A stretch of DNA of 5,363 bases from a virus (lineage: Duplodnaviria; Heunggongvirae; Uroviricota; Caudoviricetes). The stretch lies in the IMG/VR virus record IMGVR_UViG_2913123054_000002, positions 1 to 5,363 of that record; one strand, written 5' to 3'. Shown here piece by piece: positions 5,328-5,363 of the stretch. The notes beneath the pieces are model-generated. The model had not been told where the DNA came from and did no database searches. It worked only from the letters and a program-made list of their open reading frames with translations. A program made the translations under genes and the position numbers. Each line of letters starts with the position of its first letter. Position 1 is the first letter of the stretch.

Positions 5328-5363
5328 TGATGTATTGGATAGTTAGAATTGCTGCGGGTGCTT
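5328..5363 (+). CDS. Possible 5' end of a plus-strand gene running off the window (…VLAVMYWIVRIAAGA…)
   Basis: This is the only frame open from 5319 to the window end. Candidate starts are GTG 5328 and ATG 5340, with a weak GAG/AAGGG upstream. Only 12 codons are visible, so this is very tentative. Confidence 0.2.

Noticed and set aside
4900-5330. Retron msr/msd, CRISPR array or tRNA in the ORF-free region
   Set aside because: No reverse transcriptase gene follows on either strand, there are no regularly spaced identical repeats with unique spacers, and no GTTC-type T-loop or cloverleaf was recognisable. The repeats are better described as three related hairpins.

Overview
The window reads as the early-right/accessory part of a lambdoid (Rac-like) enterobacterial prophage, all called from sequence and recalled motifs only; no database search was possible. 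Layout, left to right: (1) the 3' end of an upstream gene, then a DnaC-family helicase-loader gene (148-894) with intact Walker A/B motifs; (2) a tandem winged-helix protein gene (917-1678); (3) five small, translationally coupled genes (1694-3349) resembling a nin-type region, several with Cys pairs; (4) a 123-bp intergenic spacer with a GC hairpin capped by a GAAA loop; (5) a second coupled cassette (3473-4640) encoding a basic Trp/Arg/Cys-rich protein, a single-pass membrane protein, a DUF551-like protein and a 27-aa hydrophobic peptide that the ORF track missed; (6) a bidirectional intrinsic terminator (4658-4676); (7) an AT-richer moron-like region (4685-5363) with a convergent minus-strand 51-aa zinc-ribbon gene (also missed by the track), whose likely long 5' leader carries a two-codon minigene with a perfect Shine-Dalgarno and three related hairpins sharing a CCCTTGCA core; and (8) the possible start of another plus-strand gene at the window edge. 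No tRNA, rRNA, CRISPR array, IS element or recognisable defence enzyme was found. The best candidates for something undescribed are the 3473-4640 cassette and the zinc-ribbon/structured-leader locus.
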